A stretch of 64,000 nucleotides of DNA from an uncultured Alphaproteobacteria bacterium (lineage in GTDB: Bacteria > Pseudomonadota > Alphaproteobacteria > Rhizobiales > Hyphomicrobiaceae), in contig CAVSIY010000008.1 in the NCBI GenBank assembly GCA_963728165.1, positions 34,397-98,396 of the forward strand, read 5' to 3'. This document shows, piece after piece, positions 40,432-49,134 of this stretch (within the stretch, counting starts at the first letter, position 1; the number at the start of each line of letters is the position of its first letter). Both the position numbers and the translations under genes were made by a program. The notes beneath the pieces were generated by a model. That model searched no databases and had not been told where the DNA came from. It saw only the letters and a program-made list of their open reading frames with translations.

Positions 40432-41394
40432 ATGGCCGTCGTCTACTCCTCGACCGACGTGCACCCGCGCGACAGCGTCTCCTATTGGCTGGATGACGTG
40501 CTTCGAGGCTTTATCCGCCTGTCCATCAGAACCCGCGAAGGACCATTCCAGGCGCGTATGCGTTCCGGAGTGGTCGGTGAATTCGGCATTGCAGACTACG
40601 AGGGCGGGCCGCACGAGGCGGAGCGCACCGCCCGGGACATCTCGCGCGGGCAGTACGATGACGTCGTCCTGAACCTCCAGTTGGGAGGGCGATCGATCCA
40701 TTGCCAGGCCGATCATCAAGCCGTCATGGAGCGCGGCAGCTGCTTCCTATTCGAGTCGCGAAGACCGTACTCGGCGCGCTTTGAGGACCGGAACCGCCTC
40801 ATATCGATCCGAGTGCCGCGCCAAAGCTTCGAGGCGCGATTGGGACGCGTCGCGCCGCGCGCCTGCCGCACCTTGGGCTCGAAGGGACCCGTCGCCAGCC
40901 TGGCGTTCGGATACCTGACGATGATTACCGAACGCATGGACGAAATCGAAGGCGTGGCGGCCGGCCGGATCACGGACCACGCTCTCGACCTGTTAGCACT
41001 CGCGATTTCCACAGAGGGTGACGGAAGGGTTACGCTCTCTTCGCCCCGCGCCGTCGCGCTCACCATGCTGAAAGCGGCGATCGAGGCGCGGCTTCACGAA
41101 CCCGATCTCAAACCCGCCGTAGCGGCAGCGGCAGCCGGTATCAGCGTGCGTTACGCCAATGCGCTGCTTGCCGCGGAGGACATGTGCCTCGAACGCTACA
41201 TCATCGAGCGAAGGCTAGAGCGGTGCCGAAGCGCGCTCGAGGACCCAGCGCATGCCAATCGCATGATCGGGGAGATCGCGTTCAGCTGGGGCTTCTCGGA
41301 CCTCTCGCACTTCAATCGGCGGTTCAAGGCGAGATTCGGATGCGCGCCCGGCGAATACCGCAGGACCATGCGGTCCGACCTGTCTCCAGACTGA
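40432..41394 (+). CDS. AraC-family regulator (FeaR-like) #4
   Basis: HPRDSVSYW; GEIAFSWGFSDLSHFNRRFKARFGCAP. Confidence 0.9.
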   Translation: MAVVYSSTDVHPRDSVSYWLDDVLRGFIRLSIRTREGPFQARMRSGVVGEFGIADYEGGPHEAERTARDISRGQYDDVVLNLQLGGRSIHCQADHQAVMERGSCFLFESRRPYSARFEDRNRLISIRVPRQSFEARLGRVAPRACRTLGSKGPVASLAFGYLTMITERMDEIEGVAAGRITDHALDLLALAISTEGDGRVTLSSPRAVALTMLKAAIEARLHEPDLKPAVAAAAAGISVRYANALLAAEDMCLERYIIERRLERCRSALEDPAHANRMIGEIAFSWGFSDLSHFNRRFKARFGCAPGEYRRTMRSDLSPD

Positions 41395-41518
41395 AGATCA
41401 ATCCCGTGGGAATGCGCCGAGCGGCCTGTGACGCAGGCACCCTCGACAAAGCGTCATGAGGCGAGGAAAGTTCCTGGTCGTTTGAGTGCCCGGGGTGCCG
41501 CCTGCCACGGAGAGACAT

Positions 41519-41938
41519 ATGTCGGTCACGATCTACCACAACCCCGCGTGCGGCACCTCGCGCAATACGCTGGCGATGATCCGCCAGAGCGGCGTGGAGC
41601 CGGAGGTCATCGAGTATCTCAAGACGCCGCCCTCAAAGAAGCGGCTCAAAGAGCTGATCAAGGCCATGGGCATCGGCCCGCGCGACCTGCTGCGCCGCAA
41701 GGGCACGCCTTACGACGAGCTGGGCCTCGACGACGAGAGCTTGACGGACGAGCAGCTCATCGACGCGATGGTCGCGCACCCGATCCTCATCAACCGGCCG
41801 GTCGTCGTCACGCCGCGCGGCGTGCGCCTGTGCCGGCCCTCCGAGCTGGTGCTGGAGATCCTGGAGAACCCCGAGATCGGAGCCTTCGCCAAGGAGGACG
41901 GGCAAGCGGTCACGCCGCGCAAGCGCCCCAAGAGCTGA
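41519..41938 (+). CDS. arsC: Arsenate reductase, glutaredoxin-dependent ArsC family
   Basis: IYHNPACGTSRNTL, HPILINRPVV, LCRPSE; no arsR or arsB nearby. Confidence 0.9.
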   Translation: MSVTIYHNPACGTSRNTLAMIRQSGVEPEVIEYLKTPPSKKRLKELIKAMGIGPRDLLRRKGTPYDELGLDDESLTDEQLIDAMVAHPILINRPVVVTPRGVRLCRPSELVLEILENPEIGAFAKEDGQAVTPRKRPKS

Positions 41939-41939
41939 G

Positions 41940-42689
41940 CTAGTAGGGGGCCCCGAACTTGTAGTTGAGCCCCGCCCGCACCAGCGATCCGTCGGTCTGG
42001 GCGTTCCACGTATTGGTGAGCCCGTTGACATTGGTCGTGATGTTTCGGCTGCCGAGGTCGTAATAGAGATACTCGACCTTGGCCGTCCACGGGCCGCCGA
42101 GATCTCCCTCGATCCCGCCGCCGAGCGTCCAGCCGGAGCGGAAGGACGAGTTGGAGCCGTCGACCACGAATGGGTTGGTGCAGAGCACGCCGCCGCACTC
42201 CTCGACGATCGACACGGTGGTGTCGGCGCCGATGTAGCCGCCGGTGGCGTAGAACGCGAACTGGTTGAAGATGACGCCCAGCCGACCGCGCAGCGTCATG
42301 TAGAAGCCGGAATCGGTCTGCGTCGAGGCGTCGTAGCCCAGCGGCACGTAGGTGGTGGTGGCGCTGCCGGCGAGGCCCAGATATCCGAGGTCGCCCTCGA
42401 CGCCGTAGAGAACGGGGCCGTTGCGCCAGTTGTAGCCGAGCTGGACGCCGGCAACGACGCCGCTCGGCGCCGCGCTCCAGTAGTCGGTCAAGGTGTTGTA
42501 GCCGCCCGAGTCGGTAGCAGACGAGCTGCCCCATGCCCCGCCAAGATGGGCGCCACCGTAGAGGCCTTGCCATTGATGCAGGGCCGGTGTGCCCTCCAGC
42601 GAGACACCGTAGGTCTGGCTCAGAGCGCGTGCGCTGACGCCGACGGTGACGCAACAGGCCACAAGAAGAACGAACGACAGACGACGCAT
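41940..42689 (-). CDS. Outer-membrane beta-barrel protein, Omp25/RopB-like porin family
   Basis: Signal peptide; WQGLYGG.HLG, G.QLGYNW, GVEGDL, LRGRLG, GWTLGGG.E, KVEYLYYDLG, GLNYKF. Confidence 0.88.
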   Translation of the reverse strand: MRRLSFVLLVACCVTVGVSARALSQTYGVSLEGTPALHQWQGLYGGAHLGGAWGSSSATDSGGYNTLTDYWSAAPSGVVAGVQLGYNWRNGPVLYGVEGDLGYLGLAGSATTTYVPLGYDASTQTDSGFYMTLRGRLGVIFNQFAFYATGGYIGADTTVSIVEECGGVLCTNPFVVDGSNSSFRSGWTLGGGIEGDLGGPWTAKVEYLYYDLGSRNITTNVNGLTNTWNAQTDGSLVRAGLNYKFGAPY

Positions 42690-42896
42690 GCACCCCTCCC
42701 TAATCGCAACGGACCGGTACTGGTACTGGCTCTCTGCCTACGCCGGATCGGGGCCGGGAGCGACCGCGCATGCGATTCCGTCCCCGCTATCAACAGGCCC
42801 GAACCGCTATCCCCAAGAAGAGACGGCAATCCCCAAAAAGACCTGTGGGAGACGACCCGCCGCGGACCCGGCCGAGCGCTGCGGGTCTGTGCTCGG

Positions 42897-43484
42897 CTAG
42901 GGCCGCGGGGTCATGGCACCCGAGCTCGGGGTCATCGACCCGAGGGTGTCGGCGTTGACGACATTGAGCGGGAACGGCGTGAGCTCGCTCTGGCCCTTGA
43001 GGAAGTTGGTCACCTCCTCAAGGCCGGAGACGGTGGCGGAGGACCACAAGTCGGTCGTGCACGTCTTGGGCGTGAAGGCGTTCGTGACCACCACGTAGTC
43101 GCCCTCGCTCTCCTTGACGGAGCAGGTGCAGGTCGCCTTCGACGGATCCTTGGGATCGACCACACACGTCTTGTCGAAGCAGTTCGCCCACGGCCGGTTG
43201 TTGGCGCAGCGCGCATAGCTCTTGATGGGAAAGTAGCGCGACACGACCTGCTTGCCGGCGCTCGTTTGCTTCACCGCCTGGCACGGCGTCGATCCGACCG
43301 AATATCCGGTCCGCACCTCGCAACTGCACGCCACGGTGTCGGAGCCGGACTTGGCCGCGTCGCATTTCGCAGTCGTGCACAAGGCGTACGTGCTCTTGCA
43401 GACCTGGTAGTTGCCCGCGATGGCGCCGCCGCTGCCAAGGACCGCGAGCCCCATGACGACGCCAAACAATACTGCATGTTTCAT
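42897..43484 (-). CDS. Secreted Cys-rich protein (12 Cys, two internal repeats), unknown function
   Basis: Signal peptide ending AIA; Cys pattern C-x6-C-x4-C-x11-CxC-x12-C followed by C-x8-C-x4-C-x11-CxC-x20-C. Confidence 0.75.
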   Translation of the reverse strand: MKHAVLFGVVMGLAVLGSGGAIAGNYQVCKSTYALCTTAKCDAAKSGSDTVACSCEVRTGYSVGSTPCQAVKQTSAGKQVVSRYFPIKSYARCANNRPWANCFDKTCVVDPKDPSKATCTCSVKESEGDYVVVTNAFTPKTCTTDLWSSATVSGLEEVTNFLKGQSELTPFPLNVVNADTLGSMTPSSGAMTPRP

Positions 43485-43653
43485 GCTGCAAACCCCAGTC
43501 TCAGGCCTTGCCCCGCGTTGGTGAGGCTACCTAATCGCCGCAATGTTGAGATTTGGCGCATCGGGACTCGATGGACAGCGCAAAGTCGGGCTAGGGTTGC
43601 CCGAGGCTAAACATCACATTTCGCATGCGACCGACCGCGCAAAGGGAGAGGTC

Positions 43654-44739
43654 ATGACCGCGTTCCGGCAGACTCTGAGGACGGCGGCCGATCTGGCGGA
43701 TGCGGGGCTCATCTCGCGCGAGCGCGCTGCTGAGGTCACGGCCGTGGAGGCGCGCTACGCTGTGGCGGTGACACCGGCGATGGCGGCGCTGATCGATGCG
43801 GCCGACGTCGACGACCCCATCGCGCGCCAGTTCATCCCGGACGCGCGTGAGCTCGAGCGGCACGTAAGCGAGCGCGACGACCCGATCAGCGACGATCTCA
43901 AGAGCCCGGTGCCTGGCCTGGTGCACCGCTACCGCGACCGCGTGCTCCTGAAGCTCGTCGCCGCCTGTCCGGTCTACTGCCGCTTCTGCTTCCGCCGCGA
44001 GATGGTGGGCCCCGGGAAGGCGGCGCCCCTTTCCGACGAGGAGCTTGCGGCAGCGCTCGCCTACATCCGCGCGCACCCCGAGATCTGGGAGGTGATCCTG
44101 ACGGGGGGCGATCCGCTCATCCTCTCACCGCGCCGGGTTGCAGAGGTCACAGCTGCGCTTCAAGCGATCGCGCACGTCAAGGTGCTGCGCTGGCACAGCA
44201 GAGTGCCGGTCGTGGCGCCCGAGCGCATCACGCCGGCCCTCGTCGAAGCCATGCGCGCGCCGTCGAAGACGGTCTACATGGCGCTCCACACCAATCACCC
44301 GCGCGAGCTGACGGACTTGGCCCGCGCTGCCTGCGCGAGGCTCATCGACGCCGGCATCGCCATGGTGAGCCAGACGGTGCTGCTCAGAGGCGTCAACGAC
44401 GACGCCGACACGCTCGAAGCCTTGATGCGCGCCCTGGTGGAGACACGCGTGAAGCCCTACTACCTGCACCATGGCGACCTGGCGCCGGGGACGGCCCACT
44501 TCCGCACCACCATCGCCGAAGGCCAGGCGCTGATGCGCGCGTTACGCGCCCGTCTTTCCGGCCTCGCGCTGCCGACGTACGTGCTCGACATCCCTGGCGC
44601 GCACGGCAAGGTGCCGATCGGGCCTGCGCATCTCTCGCCGGGCGCAGAAGGCTATACGCTGCGCGACGCCCATGGAGAGCCCCACAGCTATGAGGACTGC
44701 TGCGCGGGGGCGCCTCAGCCGATGACGGCAATCTTGTAG
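43654..44739 (+). CDS. epmB: Lysine 2,3-aminomutase (EF-P beta-lysylation, radical SAM)
   Basis: LVHRYRDRVL, CPVYCRFCFRR, LTGGDPL, QTVLLRGVNDD, PYYLHH.D...GTAHF; AGGGAGAGG RBS before ATG 43654. Confidence 0.93.
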   Translation: MTAFRQTLRTAADLADAGLISRERAAEVTAVEARYAVAVTPAMAALIDAADVDDPIARQFIPDARELERHVSERDDPISDDLKSPVPGLVHRYRDRVLLKLVAACPVYCRFCFRREMVGPGKAAPLSDEELAAALAYIRAHPEIWEVILTGGDPLILSPRRVAEVTAALQAIAHVKVLRWHSRVPVVAPERITPALVEAMRAPSKTVYMALHTNHPRELTDLARAACARLIDAGIAMVSQTVLLRGVNDDADTLEALMRALVETRVKPYYLHHGDLAPGTAHFRTTIAEGQALMRALRARLSGLALPTYVLDIPGAHGKVPIGPAHLSPGAEGYTLRDAHGEPHSYEDCCAGAPQPMTAIL

Positions 44740-44996
44740 ACGAGCAGGATCAACACCGTCGCGATCAAGCCGCCGATCACAATCCGAAAGCGTCCCCAGG
44801 CATGGCAGACGAGCGCCGCCGCCAGAACCACGGTGGTGAAAAGTGCGCCGCCGACATATGGCGTCACTTGCGCGATCGTGAGCGCCGCTCCCTCAACGTA
44901 TTGCAGCCGAAACACCTCGCCGAGTGAGCGGATGATGATGAGCAGGAGCACACCCAGCGCAATCTGGGAAAGACCGTGTGGCGAGATACCTCTCAT
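44715..44996 (-). CDS. Small membrane protein (~3 TM)
   Basis: Hydrophobic 93-aa ORF; stop overlaps the epmB 3' end. Confidence 0.6.
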   Translation of the reverse strand: MRGISPHGLSQIALGVLLLIIIRSLGEVFRLQYVEGAALTIAQVTPYVGGALFTTVVLAAALVCHAWGRFRIVIGGLIATVLILLVYKIAVIG

Positions 44997-45097
44997 GGTT
45001 GCAGCCCCCAACGTTGCTTGCACGCCCGTCTGACCTGGGTCAGACTGCCCCACAATACAAGGTCCGCCACAAGGACCCTTCCATGGGGAGCAACCGT

Positions 45098-47230
45098 ATG
45101 AACGAGCCGCTCAAGCGCGAAACCTTTTTCGGCGCCTGCCCGCACGACTGCCCCGACACCTGCGCCATGATCTACGAGGCGGAGGACGGCAAGCTCGTCA
45201 ACGTCAAGGGCAACAAGGACCATCCCATCACGCGCGGCACCCTGTGCGTGAAGCTCAAAGATTTCCACGATCACCACGCAAATCCCGACCGGCTGATGTA
45301 TCCGCTGCGCCGCTCCGGCCCCAAAGGCTCCAAGCAGTTCGAGCGCATCACCTGGGACGAGGCCATCGCCGAGATCGGCAAGCGCTGGCGCGAGATCATC
45401 GCCACGTACGGCAGCCAGGCCATCATGCCCTACAGCTATCTCGGCAACATGGGCCTCGTGCAGGGCATCAACTCGGGCGACCCGTTCTTCAACAAGCTCG
45501 GCACCACCGTCAACGAGAAGACGTTCTGCACGTCGGGCTCCTCGACGGCGTGGCTGCTGACGAACGGCCCGACCGGAGGCGTCGACCCGGAAAGCTTCGT
45601 GCACTGCAAGTACATCGTGATCTGGGCGTGCAACTCCATCTCGACCAACCTGCATCATTGGCCCTTCGTGCTGGAAGCACAGAAGCGCGGCGCCAAGGTC
45701 GTCGTCATCGACACCTACAAGTCGCGCACCGCCAAGGCCGGCGACTGGCACATCTGCCCCAAGCCCGGCACCGACGGCGCACTCGCCATGGGCTTCATCA
45801 ATTCGATGATCGAGCAGGGCCTCGTCGATCAGGACTACGTCGACAACTACACCGTCGGCTATCCGGAGCTGAAGGAGCGGGCGCGTGAGTTCACGCCCGA
45901 GTACGTCGAGAAGATCACGGGCGTGAAGGCGGCCGATATCGCCACCTTCGCGCGCGAGTTCGCAACCTCGCAACCCTCCGCCATTCGCATCGGCGTAGCG
46001 ATCGAGCGCTCGGCCGGCGGAGCGCAGGCCTCGCGCGCCATCTACTGCCTGCCGGCGCTTGCGGGATCGTGGCGCCACGTCGGCGGCGGCGTGCTCCAGC
46101 TGCCGCTGTGGGAGTTTCCGGTCGATTGGGTGAAGGCGGCGCGGCCCGATTTCATCAAGCCGGGCACCCGCGTCGTCAACAATCTGCGCTTGGGTGGCGC
46201 GCTTACCGGCGAGATGAAGCTCGATCCGCCGATCAAGAGCCTGTTCGTGTTCTGCACCAACCCGGTCAGCCAGACGCCTGAGACCAACAAGATCGTCGAG
46301 GGCCTGAAGCGCGAGGACCTGTTCACGGTCGTTGCCGAGCACTTCCTCACCGACACGGCGAAGTACGCCGATATCATCCTGCCGTCGGCCATGGCGGGTG
46401 AGGCCGAGGACATGATGTGGTCGTGGGGCCACTTCTACTTCACGTACAATCAGAAGGCGGTCGACCCGCCCGGCGAGTGCAAGCCGACGAGCGACATGTG
46501 GCGGCTGCTCGCCAAGGAGATGGGCTTTGACGATCCCGTCTTCAAAATGACCGATGCTGAGTTGTGCGCCGCCTACATCAACTGGGACGATCCCAAGATG
46601 GGCGGCATCGACATGGATCATTTCAAGCAGCACGGATACTTCAGGATCAACGTCGGCACCCCGGATACGCGCGCGCCGCACGTGAACGGCAACTTCCCAA
46701 CGCCGTCCGGCAAAGTCGACATGCTGCTCACCGACGCCAAGAACTTCGTCGCCGGGCCGTTCCGCGCCATGTACGACGGCGACCAGGACGGCAGCGCCAT
46801 CGATCCGCTGCCGGGCTACGTGCCGGTGCGCGAATCTCCCGAGACCAACCCGGAGCTGGCCAAGGTCTATCCGCTCAACATCATCTCACCGAAAAGCCAC
46901 GGCTTCCTCAACTCGTGCTACGCCAACGAGCCGCACAAGATCAAAGGCCAGGGCGAGCAGTTCGTGATGATCTCGCCGACGGATGCAGCCACCCGCAACA
47001 TCCGCGAAGGCGATCCGGTGCGCGTGCAGAATGCGCGGGGCAACTTCGAGGGCGTGGCGCGCGTGACCGAGGACGTGAACCCCGGCATCGTCGTCGCGAC
47101 GCTGGGCTACTGGCGCTCGCTCAACCGCTCGGACGGGTCGGTCAACTCGATCTCTTCGGACGCCTGGTCGGGGCTGGGACGCGCGCCGACCTTCTCCGAC
47201 AACCTGGTCGAGGTCACGCGCATCAATTGA
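45098..47230 (+). CDS. Cytoplasmic molybdopterin (bis-MGD) oxidoreductase, uncharacterised single-subunit type
   Basis: CPHDCPDTC...GTLC [4Fe-4S] motif, RL.YPL.R.G.KG..QFE.ITWDEA, C-terminal molydop-binding domain; no Tat signal; GGGGAG RBS before ATG 45098. Confidence 0.88.
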   Translation: MNEPLKRETFFGACPHDCPDTCAMIYEAEDGKLVNVKGNKDHPITRGTLCVKLKDFHDHHANPDRLMYPLRRSGPKGSKQFERITWDEAIAEIGKRWREIIATYGSQAIMPYSYLGNMGLVQGINSGDPFFNKLGTTVNEKTFCTSGSSTAWLLTNGPTGGVDPESFVHCKYIVIWACNSISTNLHHWPFVLEAQKRGAKVVVIDTYKSRTAKAGDWHICPKPGTDGALAMGFINSMIEQGLVDQDYVDNYTVGYPELKERAREFTPEYVEKITGVKAADIATFAREFATSQPSAIRIGVAIERSAGGAQASRAIYCLPALAGSWRHVGGGVLQLPLWEFPVDWVKAARPDFIKPGTRVVNNLRLGGALTGEMKLDPPIKSLFVFCTNPVSQTPETNKIVEGLKREDLFTVVAEHFLTDTAKYADIILPSAMAGEAEDMMWSWGHFYFTYNQKAVDPPGECKPTSDMWRLLAKEMGFDDPVFKMTDAELCAAYINWDDPKMGGIDMDHFKQHGYFRINVGTPDTRAPHVNGNFPTPSGKVDMLLTDAKNFVAGPFRAMYDGDQDGSAIDPLPGYVPVRESPETNPELAKVYPLNIISPKSHGFLNSCYANEPHKIKGQGEQFVMISPTDAATRNIREGDPVRVQNARGNFEGVARVTEDVNPGIVVATLGYWRSLNRSDGSVNSISSDAWSGLGRAPTFSDNLVEVTRIN

Positions 47231-47295
47231 GGCATTGAGCGCAACGGTGCGGTCACGAGTTCTGGCCCAGGATCCAAGGCGCGGCAGCATGCGGC

Positions 47296-47323
47296 TTGAC
47301 CTGGGCGTCGGATTCGCCATGCT
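47296..47323 (+). promoter_or_regulatory. Candidate sigma70 promoter for the copper cluster (TTGACC-N16-CATGCT)
   Basis: Resembles -35/-10 boxes upstream of a GGGAG RBS (47339-47343). Confidence 0.3.
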
Positions 47324-47345
47324 GGTCGTATCGTCGCTGGGAGAT

Positions 47346-47729
47346 TTGCCTCTGTCTGTGGCCCGCCGCTTTCTGGCCGTCCTGATCGCAACCGCCGTGG
47401 CGTTCGCGCCCGTCGGTGCGGCAATGGCGGCGCATGCGCCGGGGCCCAAGACCCAGCACGCCATGCAGCACAACTCTGCGATGGGGCAAGCGTCGGCCGC
47501 CGATCACTCAGGAATGCATCATTGCAAGGGCGCCGGCACGCGCTCCTGTTGCTGCGACGACAAGGCCGCCTGCGCCCAGACCTGCCTGCAGAAGTGCTTT
47601 GGCCAGATGGCCGTGATGCCGCCGGGCCGGACCCTGCGGATCGCGCTGGCCTTCCGGGTCGCGCCCCGCCCCGCCGAGCGGCCGCCCGGATGGTCATCGG
47701 CCCCGCAGCTTCCTCCTCCCCGAGCCTGA
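47346..47729 (+). CDS. Exported His/Met/Cys-rich protein, DUF2946/CopL-like leader gene
   Basis: Signal-like N-terminus; HAMQH...HSGMHHC...CCC...C...C..KC; C-terminal PPPRA. Start uncertain (47319, 47346 or 47358). Confidence 0.6.
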   Translation: MPLSVARRFLAVLIATAVAFAPVGAAMAAHAPGPKTQHAMQHNSAMGQASAADHSGMHHCKGAGTRSCCCDDKAACAQTCLQKCFGQMAVMPPGRTLRIALAFRVAPRPAERPPGWSSAPQLPPPRA

Positions 47730-47847
47730 CCTTCTCTTGAACCGCGAGCGCTGATCGCCGCACGCCTGAGCGCGTGCGGCAGCCGCGCATCGCGACGTCA
47801 TGGGCGCGCGCCTGTGATGCATTCCCTTTTGAGAAGGACCACGACGG

Positions 47848-49134
47848 ATGCAGTTGAAACTCATTGCGATTGCCGCGGGCGCACTGGCGCTCGCCGCAGC
47901 GGCGGCCGGCGGCTACCGGCTCGGCACCGGCACCTGGCCGCGTCTCGCCGCGCATACGCCTGCCGATCACGGGACCGCCGCGGATCCCGCCATGTCTGCC
48001 AAAGTGCGCAAGCCGCTCTACTACCGCAACCCCATGGGTCTCGCCGACACCTCGCCGGTGCCGAAGAAGGACTCCATGGGCATGGACTACATCCCCGTCT
48101 ACGCCGACGAGGTCGAGGACACGCCGGGCTCGGTCAAGATTAGCCTCGACCGCGTGCAGCGCTCGGGCGTGCGCACGGAGCGGGCCCAGATGCGCCATCT
48201 CGTGCGGCCCGTGCGTGCGCCCGGCGTCGCCAAGGCGGACGAGCGCACGCTGCATTCGGTGACGCTACGTGCCGACGCCTTCATCGAGAAGCTCTACGTG
48301 GAGGAAACCGGCGCACGCGTGAAAAAGGGCCAGCCGCTGTTTCGCATCTACAGCCCGGCCATGGTCAACGCTCAGGTCGATTTCCGCATTGGCTTGCCGT
48401 CGGACCGCAGCGCCAATCTCAAGGGCGCGGAGCAGAAGCTGCGCAACCTCGAGGTGCCTGAGGCGGTGCTCGACGAGCTGAAGCGGACCGGCACGCCGGT
48501 GATGTCGATCGACTGGCCCTCGCCCGCCGACGGCTATGTGATGAAGAAGAACGTCATCGAGGGCCAGATGGTGCGCATGGGCGAGGAGATCATGCGGCTC
48601 GCCAATCTCGACAAGATCTGGGTCATCGCCGACGTCTCCGAGCAGGACATGGGGCTCGTGGCCGTCGGGCAGCCGGTCAAGCTGCGTTTCAAGGCTTTCC
48701 CGTCGGACGTCTTCGAAGGCCGCGTGACCTTCATCCTGCACGAGCTCGACATGGCGACGCGCACGGGCCAGGTGCGCATCGAGCTCGCCAACCCCGACCG
48801 GCGCATCAAGCACGAGATGTATGCCGACGTGGAGATCGACGCTGGCGCCAATGACAAGTCGCTCGTCGCGGTGCCCAACTCGGCCATCATCAACAGCGGC
48901 AACCGCCAGGTGGTGCTGGTGGCGCGCGGCGAGGGCCGCTTCGATCCGCGTCCGGTGACGCTGGGGCTGCGCGGTGAAGATTACACCGAGATCAAGGAGG
49001 GGATCGCTGCCGGCGAGGAGGTCGTGGTGGCGGCGAACTTCCTCATCGACGCCGAGAGCAACTTGAAGGCGGCACTCGCCGGCTTCACGACCGACGAGAC
49101 GGAGCCCGAGCCGGCACAGGGAGCCCATCCATGA
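47848..49134 (+). CDS. cusB: Heavy-metal RND efflux periplasmic adaptor (CusB/SilB-like)
   Basis: YYRNPMG....SPVPKKDSMGMDYIPVY, V.KGQPLF.IYSP, VWVIADV.E, GRF.P..V.LG. Confidence 0.92.
   Translation: MQLKLIAIAAGALALAAAAAGGYRLGTGTWPRLAAHTPADHGTAADPAMSAKVRKPLYYRNPMGLADTSPVPKKDSMGMDYIPVYADEVEDTPGSVKISLDRVQRSGVRTERAQMRHLVRPVRAPGVAKADERTLHSVTLRADAFIEKLYVEETGARVKKGQPLFRIYSPAMVNAQVDFRIGLPSDRSANLKGAEQKLRNLEVPEAVLDELKRTGTPVMSIDWPSPADGYVMKKNVIEGQMVRMGEEIMRLANLDKIWVIADVSEQDMGLVAVGQPVKLRFKAFPSDVFEGRVTFILHELDMATRTGQVRIELANPDRRIKHEMYADVEIDAGANDKSLVAVPNSAIINSGNRQVVLVARGEGRFDPRPVTLGLRGEDYTEIKEGIAAGEEVVVAANFLIDAESNLKAALAGFTTDETEPEPAQGAHP

Noticed and set aside
41519-41938. Arsenic resistance operon
   Set aside because: arsC is alone; no arsR, arsB/acr3 or arsH is adjacent.
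40400-43600. Mobile element or genomic island boundaries around the insert between epmA and epmB
   Set aside because: No integrase, transposase, terminal inverted repeats or target-site duplication visible.
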